Source of the DNA: Thraustochytrium aureum
Taxonomy: Eukaryota
Direction of reading: 5' to 3'
Assembly (NCBI GenBank): GCA_012862495.1
Contig: BLSG01000075.1
Coordinates: forward strand, 5,018 to 37,056
DNA length: 32,039 nucleotides
The notes beneath the pieces are model-generated. The model ran no database searches and was not told the DNA's origin. It saw nothing but the letters and a program-made list of their open reading frames with translations. The translations under genes and the position numbers were made by a program. This document shows positions 1-8,758 of this stretch, piece by piece (positions within the stretch are counted from its first letter, which is position 1; every line of letters starts with the position of its first letter).

Positions 1-1
1 G

Positions 2-469
2 CTCGAGGCCATGGCGTTGAGCGGCAACGCGTCGGTCCGCATCGTTAGCACGGACTGGATGGAGCACGCAGCTCGAAACGGACTGGAGGCGGCACGCGAA
101 GAGCAGTTTGCGCCCGCGGGCCAGTACAAAGCGCCGGGCTCGTCAAAAATGACGCGGTTCGATATGGGCGAGACCGTGCTGAGCCTGCGCGACATGGCAA
201 CCAAGCCACTCCTGGAGAACGTCAAGTACTATTGCACGAGCGCGGTATCTAGTGGGCTCAAGGCCCTGCAAGGCGCCGTCGACAATGTTGGCCTGCGCAG
301 GGTCTCGAGCGCGAAGAAGGCCGACATCATTTTCGCCAAGGACTTGGCTGACGCGGCGGCCCTGCTTGAGCTGAACAAGCCCGTTTTCGAGCTTTCGTGG
401 CTGACGCACGGGCTGATGGAGCAAAACCTCAACTGGGCCACGCAAAACCAAGCCCACCGCCTCGCTTGA
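2..469 (+). CDS. Tandem BRCT-domain protein, C-terminal part (MDC1/PAXIP1/Rtt107-like); 5' end lies outside the window
   Basis: The frame is open from base 2 (LEAMALSG). Two BRCT helix-3 signatures are present: 'LEAMAL..RIVSTDWM' and 'KPVFELSWLTHGLMEQNL'. The second repeat begins 'PLLENVKYY'. Stop TGA ends at 469. Confidence 0.68.
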   Translation, partial: LEAMALSGNASVRIVSTDWMEHAARNGLEAAREEQFAPAGQYKAPGSSKMTRFDMGETVLSLRDMATKPLLENVKYYCTSAVSSGLKALQGAVDNVGLRRVSSAKKADIIFAKDLADAAALLELNKPVFELSWLTHGLMEQNLNWATQNQAHRLA

Positions 470-558
470 CGCGCTTGGCGGCGGCCTCGGCCTCGGCTCG
501 CGACGCGATCGATTCTTTGCTTTGCTTTCTTTTCTTTGCTTTTCAACAAGCTCCTGAA

Positions 559-2953
559 TTACGAGTTGGGGCTTGGCCAAGCTGAGGCGGGGCCGACCCT
601 CGAGTCCCTGCCGCGAGCCAAGACAATAGTTAGCTGTTGATGCGCGAGCACGCGTACCATCCGTTCTACTTGCCAGGGAAACCCCGCGCTGAAATGGCAG
701 CCAGGCTCGGTGCAGCGCCGCGCCGCACCCACGACCCGCGCTCCTAGGTGGCCTTGGTCTCGCCCTTGCGACGCGCTGCGGCGGGACGGCGTACGTGTAT
801 ATGGGAAAGGAGCGGTGCGCAGTAAAGTCGGCCGACACGCGCTTGGCGCCGTCTGCGGGCGCGGCCTTCTCGCGAGCGACGGCCACCGAACTGACAACAG
901 CGACGCGAAGCAAGGCCTTTACAAACGCCGCATCCTCGGGCACAAGCCCGGTCTTGAGAATCTGCGCGATGAGGTCCTTGGCGCGCGAAAAGTAGCCCGA
1001 GGCGTGGTCGAAGAGCGAGGCCGCCTCGTACTTTGAGAGCTCTGTGACATTCTGGTACGACTCGAACGGAAGCGGGCCCGGGTTGACGATGGTCGAGTAC
1101 GGTGCGAGCCGGTGCTCGTAGCGGATCCGCGCAGAGCCAAACTCGAACTGCGGCGTCGCAAATTTGCCCTGCTTGCGAAGCGCGAGGACGACGCGGAGGA
1201 GCCCGTCGCAGATCAGCTTTTTCACCTCGCAGACGCAGCGCTCGTTGACGGCCACCGTGTTGGCGTGCATGGCGACCAGCTGCTCGCGCAACTGGCGCGC
1301 GAGCTTTTTCGCGGCCTTTTTCCCGGCCGGGTCAGCCACGGCTGCCGCCGCCCCGTGCTCGCTCGTCGCGGCGGACGCTCCTGCTCCGCCAAGGAGCAAG
1401 GAACCGACCGCGGCTTGCGCGCTCGCGCCGCCGAGGGTGAGCTCCGCGAGCTTTTTGCTCAGAAAGGCCTCCATCTCGGCGCGGTTGTCCCGCTGGCGCA
1501 TGCAGATGAACGAGAGGTGCCAGAGCATGATGTCGTGCTCGTGCAGCGCGTACAGCTCGAGCTCAAAGCCCAGCTGCAAGTGGTGCGCAATCAGGCGCAT
1601 GGTCCACTCGGCGGTCCACGAGTAGAGGCTAAAGTGCAGCATGGCCTGCAGCTCGGCGTGGTCTACTTTGGAGAGGTCGCGGGCCCGAAGCTCGGGGCGC
1701 AGCTCGAGCAGCACGTGCTGGTCCTGCAGCTCGGCCTCCTGCTGCATGGCCGCCCAGTCGGGCAGCACGTTTGCGATGTTGCGGCGCTGGCGCGCCCTGT
1801 TGGCCGTGAGCGCGCGGAGCACCTCGTAGATGGGCTTGACCATCGCGGCCACAAAGGTTTTGCCGCTCTCGCTAGCCACCTCGTAGAACGGCGCCCCAAA
1901 GTTGCACATGTCTTGCACAATCCAGTCCTTGTACGAGAACTTGCCCAGCACGAGCTTGGACTCGCTGCTGTACAGCATGGGAACCGCGCAAGAGCGCGCC
2001 ACAATGCAGGGCTCGCGCTCAGAAAACCGCTGCAGGGCCAGGTAGAGGGCGAGCAGGGAGCGCTCCTTGCGCAGCTCGCAGACGACGCGGATGTTGGCCA
2101 CGAGGCTCTCAAGGCCCGACTGCGCGGCGTCGAGATCGACCTTGGGGCCCGCGCGCGGCGGGGCCGACGCCAACAGCTTGCGGTTCACAGTCGAGTCGAG
2201 CCAGCGCTNNNNNNNNNNNNNNNNNNNNNNNNNNNNNNNNNNNNNNNNNNNNNNNNNNNNNNNNNNNNNNNNNNNNNNNNNNNNNNNNNNNNNNNNNNNN
2301 NNNNNNNNNNNNNNNNNNNNNNNNNNNNNNNNNNNNNNNNNNNNNNNNNNNNNNNNNNNNNNNNNNNNNNNNNNNNNNNNNNNNNNNNNNNNNNNNNNNN
2401 NNNNNNNNNNNNNNNNNNNNNNNNNNNNNNNNNNNNNNNNNNNNNNNNNNNNNNNNNNNNNNNNNNNNNNNNNNNNNNNNNNNNNNNNNNNNNNNNNNNN
2501 NNNNNNNNNNNNNNNNNNNNNNNNNNNNNNNNNNNNNNNNNNNNNNNNNNNNNNNNNNNNNNNNNNNNNNNNNNNNNNNNNNNNNNNNNNNNNNNNNNNN
2601 NNNNNNNNNNNNNNNNNNNNNNNNNNNNNNNNNNNNNNNNNNNNNNNNNNNNNNNNNNNNNNNNNNNNNNNNNNNNNNNNNNNNNNNNNNNNNNNNNNNN
2701 NNNNNNNNNNNNNNNNNNNNNNNNNNNNNNNNNNNNNNNNNNNNNNNNNNNNNNNNNNNNNNNNNNNNNNNNNNNNNNNNNNNNNNNNNNNNNNNNNNNN
2801 NNNNNNNNNNNNNNNNNNNNNNNNNNNNNNNNNNNNNNNNNNNNNNNNNNNNNNNNNNNNNNNNNNNNNNNNNNNNNNNNNNNNNNNNNNNNNNNNNNNN
2901 NNNNNNNNNAGATTGAGTACTTCGATGTCCTCGAGGGTGCACCAGAGTACCAT
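559..2953 (-). CDS. NAA35: N-alpha-acetyltransferase 35, NatC auxiliary subunit (MAK10). Well supported at 795-2208; N-terminus is mostly in the N gap and the start at 2953 is uncertain; predicted last exon 559-607
   Basis: Mak10/NAA35 motifs are present: 'NRARQRR', 'GFELELYALHE..MLWHL', 'RIRYEHRLAPY..IVNPGPLPF', and C-terminal 'DFTAHRSFPIY'. The long Arg/Ala-rich tail of the raw ORF disappears if intron 608-794 is spliced. Confidence 0.9.
608..794 (-). other. Predicted spliceosomal intron (187 nt) at the 3' end of NAA35
   Basis: The minus strand has donor GTACGC at 794, a GCTAAC branch-like motif ~20 nt before acceptor CAG (610-608). Splicing gives FPIY-T-DSRVGPASAWPSPNS-stop(559) and removes the overlap with the convergent BRCT gene. 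Confidence 0.65.
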
Positions 2954-3506
2954 TGATGCGCGCTCCAGCCGCCTGCCTGGCTCCGCATGCCAGATGCTCT
3001 GCGTGGCGGCTCGCGAGAGCGCGGCGGGATGCGCGGTGTGTGTGAGTGAGTGTCTCCAGCCGCGGCGCGGCGGTGTTTGGGACCAATTACTTGGACGTGG
3101 CGTTTTCGCCGCCGTCGCCTCGCCACTTGAACACGCAGAGCGAGATCGTTAAGTGCTCTGCGCGACGGCTCGCAAGAGCGCGGCGGGCTGCGTGCTACGA
3201 GATCTCGCTTTGGCCACGCTGTCTTGAGTTGCAACGCGGTGTCTGGGATGTCCAAGGACAAAATACATCGCATCCGTTCCGAGTCGATTTGTCATGGTCT
3301 TTCTCGTGAGGGTTTACAGCAGAATGGAGATCGCTTACTCAGTTCGTGGGCTGGACGATGGCATCGCTCGTTCGTCGCAGAATGAAGGGTGCAAGTGAAA
3401 AAGGCTGCATGTGGAATTTGGTTTGATCAAGAATGCGCCAAGGATGGCGACACGCCACCGCTCCGGTGCACTGGTCGGCGCAGCACGTGTCGGTGTGCTC
3501 GTGTTC

Positions 3507-4184
3507 TTAGCAGGGGTTTGGCTCCTTGAAGGCGTTCGGGTGAAAGGTTGCACCTTGGCCGGGCACATTATCGCGGAACAGCCGAGCGGTAAACATGTAC
3601 GACCGCAAGAGCTCCACAGCAGCAGCCTCGTTGGGCACACCGAGAGGGTTTTTGGCGTGGATGCTTGGCAAGTCCTTGGCGGTTTTGAGAGTGGGCTCGG
3701 GCTCGTCGCACTCCGCCAACGGGTAAAGGTCGTCCTTGGTCAGCTTGGAAGCCCCAAGAGCCTGAACCGGAATGCTGCGCTTCTTCCCGGCCACGGTTTC
3801 GTATTCGAACGAAACGGACAGCGTCCCAAAGGATACTACCTCTGTGAAGTAATAGCCGAATCGCCGAAGGAACTTCCGAGCGGCGTCCAAAGCAACTTTG
3901 TCATCCGTGTTGTGCTGGCTTGCAACTTGAGCAAGCGCCGCCATGGCCGAGATGTACTCGGCCGTGTAGCTCCAGCAAAACATGGATTCGAAAGGCATGT
4001 AGGTATGCCCAATGCTGCGCCAGGCCTTGGTGAGCCTCGCACTCCCGCACTTCGCGTCGTCGGCGGACAGCTCCGAGGCCTTCTTGAGCACATCCATCCA
4101 CTTGTTTGTGTAGTAAATCGACATGGCCGCTGGGCAGACACCGACGCTGCTGTCCGTGAAATAGGTTCCATCCTGCACCACCAT
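3507..4184 (-). CDS. Hypothetical 225-aa protein with a degenerate MACPF-like sequence pattern
   Basis: ATG-to-TAA ORF with globular composition and visibly less GC-biased codons than its neighbours. It contains 'YTAEYISAMAAL...ARKFLRRFGYYFTEVVSFGT', whose spacing matches the MACPF signature (Y/W/F)-G-(T/S)-H-(F/Y)-x6-G-G. Confidence 0.5.
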   Translation of the reverse strand: MVVQDGTYFTDSSVGVCPAAMSIYYTNKWMDVLKKASELSADDAKCGSARLTKAWRSIGHTYMPFESMFCWSYTAEYISAMAALAQVASQHNTDDKVALDAARKFLRRFGYYFTEVVSFGTLSVSFEYETVAGKKRSIPVQALGASKLTKDDLYPLAECDEPEPTLKTAKDLPSIHAKNPLGVPNEAAAVELLRSYMFTARLFRDNVPGQGATFHPNAFKEPNPC

Positions 4185-4862
4185 GCATCATCTCGGAACA
4201 AAAAACCTCACCTCCCTCCACTCCACAGCAGGTTCCCCCGCTGCTCCACAGTTTCAATCCAAGAAGCTTTGAGTTTGAAAGCTAAACACCGAAATGCCTC
4301 CACACAGCTCCCCACAGCTACGGTCCAAGACGAGCTAGACAGCTAAACCGCCGATCACACGGGTTCCCCTGAACTGGGAGTGTGTTCCCCGATGCCCGTC
4401 TGCCTGCTCACAGTTCAAATCGTTCCTAAAGCACTCGTGAGGATTCCGTATGTCCGCGAGTGGACGGTTGACGCGCGGGCTTTGCAAGGCCAGACAGTGC
4501 TTGACTGACGGCCACCAGCAGACCGGCTTCGGAGGAAGGAGGAGGGCAACGTGCGCGGCGCGCGCGCGAACGCGTTGAGACCGCGTGGAGCGGGGCTGCG
4601 AGGCGCGCAGCTCGAGCTAGTGCAGAGGGTTTGGCGCGTTCGCCCGCGTCTGCTGGCGGTTTTTGGAGCGGATCCGAGTGGATTTGCTCGATCTCGACGC
4701 CGGCAACTCGATCGGGTCGCGGCGGACCGCCCTCCTGGACGTCGCGCGGGCCTCGCGCGCCCTGATCGTTCGACCGCTGGTGGCGGCCGGCGGCGCGGAC
4801 GTGCACGCGGCGGGACGCGGGCACGGGCTTGGCGTCCTCGTGCACGCGTGGCGACAGGAAGG

Positions 4863-5399
4863 ATGGCGGACGGCGAGGACTGGGAGAAGGCTGAGCTGTC
4901 CAAGGAGGAGCTGGACACGGTGCGCAACAGCGAGTCGATCGATGGCGAGGAAGACTTTCTGCTGATGGTGAGTGGGCTGCGCCGCGATGGCTGAACCAAG
5001 CCAAGGAGGCTGAACTGACTGACTGACTGACTGACTGACTGAACGGCGATGGCGGGCGCAATGCCCCGTGGATTGACGCAGATCCTGGAGATCCTGTCGA
5101 AAAACTTGACGGAAAAGCTGACCAAGATTGAAGAGGGCGCCGAGGCTGCCGATATGGGGACTGTCTGGAAGGAGGCGCACTCGATTAAGGGATCCGCGCT
5201 GCAGTGCAGCCTGAACGCGCTTGGCGAGGCGGCCAAAGCCGTAGAACTAAAGTTCAAGGAGCTGGAGAAGGGCGACGGGTACGCGGACGACGAGGACAAG
5301 GCGGCGCAGCTGGCGCTGATCAAGACGCTGCGCGAAGAGGGCACCAAGGTGCAAAACACGACCGCCAAGCTGCGCGAGGCGGCAGGGCCAGACAAGTAG
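4863..5399 (+). CDS. Stand-alone histidine phosphotransfer (HPt) protein, 140 aa, Ypd1/RdeA/AHP-like; exons 4863-4967 and 5082-5399
   Basis: The HPt motif 'VWKEAHSIKGSALQC' carries the phospho-accepting His. Exon 1 'MADGEDWEKAEL...DGEEDFLLM' joins in frame to 'ILEILSKNL' across a GTGAGT...CAG intron. Confidence 0.9.
4968..5081 (+). other. Spliceosomal intron (114 nt, phase 0) of the HPt gene
   Basis: Donor GTGAGT at 4968 and acceptor ACGCAG ending at 5081. The exon-1 frame hits TGA at 4992-4994 inside the intron. Confidence 0.85.
5015..5042 (+). repeat. (CTGA)7 microsatellite inside the HPt intron
   Basis: Seven perfect CTGA units read directly. Confidence 0.95.
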
Positions 5400-5565
5400 C
5401 GCGCCTGCGCCTCCGTCTGCAACTGAGTTGGTGCAACCCCTGCGCCTACTGGAGCGACTCGGTCCAGGGAGAAGGCGCGGCGCGGTTCTCGGCCCTGCGC
5501 AGCCAACAGCTTTATTTCAAAATCCGTTCTTGATCGTTTGCACCTGCACCGGCGCTCACCGGCGC

Positions 5566-6624
5566 TCACAAGCCCGGCACGAACAAGTGCGACGCCGCGC
5601 TGTGTGCCAGCATGACGCCGCGGTTGTCCTCGTTCACTTTGGCGGCGAAGGCGCGCACGAGCCAGCTCTTGTACGCCGAGGGGGATTTGCCCGCAAGGTG
5701 GATCATGTAGTACCCGTTCTCGTAGATGTTGTCGCAGAACACGCCCTTCCACTGCTGCCGCCGCCAGAGCAGGAACCCGAGCCAAAACTCCTCGCAAACG
5801 TTGCTGTTCAATGCGCAGTGCGGGACGATCTTGGTGTGCGCCTGCACCGCTTCCGCCCCGGCGTACGGCTTGTGGCCCAGGGCCCGGACCTCGTCCTCGA
5901 TGGCCGGCTCGCCGTGCAGGTAGTGAATCGCCCGCTGCTCGTGCGTGGACCGGAAGCTGTAGTCGGTCACGAGCCACTCTTGCGACCAGAGCTCGTCCAG
6001 GTACCACTTGGACCACTCCGAGTTGCGCACGAGGAAGATGCCCGAGTTGATCCCGAGTTCGTCGCGCGCGTAGAAGAGGTCGTGCTCGCCGTCCACCAGC
6101 TCGTCGGCGCGCACGCTAAAGTTGGCGATCAGCGCGTCTGCGTCAACCCACATCAAGTAGTCGTAGTTGTCCAGGTGCCTCTTCAGGATCGGCATCTTGG
6201 ACCACGGCGACTGTCGCGCCGGGTCGATTTCCGCGTCGGCGCGAATCACATCGTACCCGTACATGGCGGCGTATGCGCGCTTGTTGCCCATGCTCAGCTC
6301 CACCAGGTCGGGGTCCATGTTTTGGAAAAAGGTCACGAGCGCCACGCGGGGCCGCAGGCCGCCCGGGTGCGAGGCCCGCCGCGCGGCGGTCGCGCGCTCC
6401 GACAGGTACGCGCACTCGACCACCGGCCTCCCGGCGCGCAGCTGCACGGGCGTGACCTGTATCCAGAACACCGTAAAGTACACCACTGCCAGCACAACCG
6501 CGGCGACCCCCCATCTCCTCGAGCAGAGCTGCTCGGCGCGCAGCCGCAGCCTCGTCAGCCACCTGCCTTTCGCCGCCTTGACCAACTTGCTGTTCTGCCT
6601 CTCCAGGTCCGGCGCGGCATCCAT
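5566..6624 (-). CDS. GT34 glycosyltransferase (GMA12/MNN10 family), type II membrane protein, ~352 aa if the ATG at 6624 is the start
   Basis: Motifs: 'NKRAYAAMYGY', 'WSKMPILKRHL', DxD in 'YLMWVDADALIAN', 'GINSGIFLVRNSEWS', 'HEQRAI', 'IHLAG'. N-terminal TM helix 'WGVAAVVLAVVYFTVFWI'. An N gap lies just upstream of the ATG. Confidence 0.9.
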   Translation of the reverse strand: MDAAPDLERQNSKLVKAAKGRWLTRLRLRAEQLCSRRWGVAAVVLAVVYFTVFWIQVTPVQLRAGRPVVECAYLSERATAARRASHPGGLRPRVALVTFFQNMDPDLVELSMGNKRAYAAMYGYDVIRADAEIDPARQSPWSKMPILKRHLDNYDYLMWVDADALIANFSVRADELVDGEHDLFYARDELGINSGIFLVRNSEWSKWYLDELWSQEWLVTDYSFRSTHEQRAIHYLHGEPAIEDEVRALGHKPYAGAEAVQAHTKIVPHCALNSNVCEEFWLGFLLWRRQQWKGVFCDNIYENGYYMIHLAGKSPSAYKSWLVRAFAAKVNEDNRGVMLAHSAASHLFVPGL

Positions 6625-6831
6625 CCCGGCCAGCCGNNNNNNNNNNNNNNNNNNNNNNNNNNNNNNNNNNNNNNNNNNNNNNNNNNNNNNNNNNNNNNNN
6701 NNNNNNNNNNNNNNNNNNNNNNNNNNNNNNNNNNNNNNNNNNNNNNNNNNNNNNNNNNNNNNNNNNNNACGGAGCCAGCCCGCCGACGGCCAGATCGATG
6801 GGCCGGTGGACGGATGTTCGGGCACTGCGGC

Positions 6832-6876
6832 GTCCTCGAGGTCTTCGAGGTCCTCGAGGTCCTCGAGGTCCTCGAG
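6832..6876. repeat. 9-bp tandem repeat (GTCCTCGAG) x5
   Basis: Five units, one with a C>T change. Reads (LED)5 on the minus strand. Confidence 0.9.
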
Positions 6877-7131
6877 TCCGAAGAAGTGCAAAACCGATGT
6901 CGAGGTTGGCGAGATTGACGACTTCGGGAGCTCGGCAGTGAAGATGTCCTCGAGCGGGGCCAGTCAAACAGCCAGGTGATTGGCTTCATCATGGCATCAT
7001 CAGGAAGGCGGCGATGCCGCTGATTGTGATGGTCGTGCCAGGAAACTGAGTGATGCAGGGCCACATTTCGAATCGTTGGACCTGGGGGTTTTTGAGGAGA
7101 TGGTCGAACTGCGCAGGCTGAGCGATGACGG

Positions 7132-7132
<1 letters not shown>

Positions 7133-7174
<42 letters not shown>
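7133..7174. repeat. (TGC)14 / (CAG)n trinucleotide microsatellite
   Basis: Perfect run read directly. Confidence 0.95.
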
Positions 7175-7287
7175 GATATCGACGGCGCTGAAAGAGAGGT
7201 GTGTCAGGTCGAAAGTTGCGCGTCATTTACTTGTAATACACGCGCGTCTCACGCAAATAGAAATAATACAGCGAGAGCGCCTGTCTG

Positions 7288-8758
7288 TCACAAGAAATCC
7301 GAGTCTGCACGGCACAGGCTGGTCACAGTCTCGGCAATGCGATTGACAACGGCGCCCCGAGTCTCCACGTCCAATGCCACCATCACAGCCTCAACCGTAG
7401 CCAGTTCACCATCGAGCGCCTCTATCCAAACCGAGGCGTCGTCCCCATCAACCAGGCCAAGGCGCACGCGCGGATCTCCGCGAAGCTTGGCCAGCGCCGA
7501 GTGCCCAAGCGAGGAGCGCAGCACGACGCGAAGTGACGAGTTGAGGGTCGCAGCGACAGCCCCACTCAGTGGGCACGAGCGAGCAACGACAGCCCCAGAG
7601 CCGTCCACGATAGCACAGAGTCCCTTGCTCGAGCTCAGAATTGCCGGGACCTCGTGCTCCAAGGCCAGCGCGCGCACCCGCAGCTCGCTGGAGCGCTCGC
7701 AGAGGCAGGCCAACGCGACGGCGCCTTTTTGACGCGCTTCGGCCCAGGCCTGCGCGCTGCACCCGTCCAAGCCGAGAGCAAATGCGACCTTTCCGAAAGG
7801 CATCTCAGCGAGATCCGCCTCTCCGCGGCCAGGCAGAACGCCGACGAGGAGCTCGTCCTCCCCCGGAAGGCGTTTGTCATGGACGGGCGCGACGCGGCCG
7901 CGCGGGTCGGCGAGGTGGACACCGTTCCTGGTGTTGTCGTTTAGGTCGCGGTACAGGGACCCAAACGCGATAAACACGCCGAGCTCCTGGGCAAGCGCGC
8001 CGAGCGTCTCGGCGGCCACCTTGTGGATGGCCACCAGCTGCTCCACGACCGGCCGTCGAAAGGGCCCCCGCGCAGGATGAACAGCTCGGGGAGCACCACC
8101 AGCGCGCACCCCGCATTCTGCCTCACCAGCGCCACGGCATCTTGCAGCGCGTCGCCAAAGTCTGCTGTGGCTCCGTCTTCGACCGGCCGCGGGCTGACAG
8201 CGGCCACGCGCGGCAGCACCGCCCCAGCGCCGCTCGCGCGAGCGGCGGCAGCCACCGCTTTTGCGAAGTCCTCGGCAGCCTCGGCCGCCTTGCCACGCGG
8301 TCTTCCCGCTCCCTCCCCCCAAGGAGCGACGCGCGCGCAGCCTGCGACGCCTTGCAAGCCTGCGTGGGTCGGTCCTGCGGCCAGGGCGCCTCGCCAGCTT
8401 GGCCGCCTCCACGCTGCGACGTCGCGTCAGACTCGGGGCCCCTATCGTCGTTCCCCACATCCGGCAGCGCCACGACGGCGCATGCATCGCCGCGTCCCGG
8501 CGCTGAGAGGTCCACGTCGGTATCGCTGTCAAACCCGTCCCACTGGGCGTCGGCGTCGCTCAAGTGATTCTCGGGATCATACGGCTCGTCCATCACAGCC
8601 TGCTCCAGCGACACCGTGCAGGCTTCCCGCGCATGCATATCCGCGCCTTGTCCGCATTCCGCGTGATCGCTGGCCGTCGTAGCTGGCACGGACGCGCCGC
8701 TCATGGTCGACCATCCATCCCAAAATTGCTCGGCCGAGTCGGCGAATTCGTCGCCCAT
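7288..8758 (-). CDS. Carbon-nitrogen hydrolase (nitrilase-fold) domain protein with an acidic disordered N-terminus, ~490 aa after correcting two frameshifts (~8292, ~8051); catalytic Cys absent
   Basis: Three overlapping ORFs join into 'CALVVLPELF' (Glu site), 'DGPVVEQL', 'LAQELGVFIAFGS', 'NGVHLADPRGRV..VHDKR' (Lys site), 'PFGKVAFALGLD' (normally ICYD) and 'CAIVDGSGAVVA'. Length check: 1471 nt + 2 = 491 codons. Confidence 0.72.

Noticed and set aside
143..794. C-terminal ~215 codons of the 936-aa minus ORF as real NAA35 sequence
   Set aside because: It lies beyond the family's C-terminal motif, has non-coding-like Arg/Ala/Pro content, overlaps the BRCT gene antisense, and is better explained by an intron.
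5049..5081. ATG at 5049 as the HPt start
   Set aside because: It lies inside the predicted intron. The upstream exon supplies the first HPt helices and has a consensus GTGAGT donor.
6964..7002. TGA reassignment or selenocysteine readthrough
   Set aside because: TGA terminates genes elsewhere in the window (e.g. 469, 5566, 15440) and no conserved domain spans these codons.
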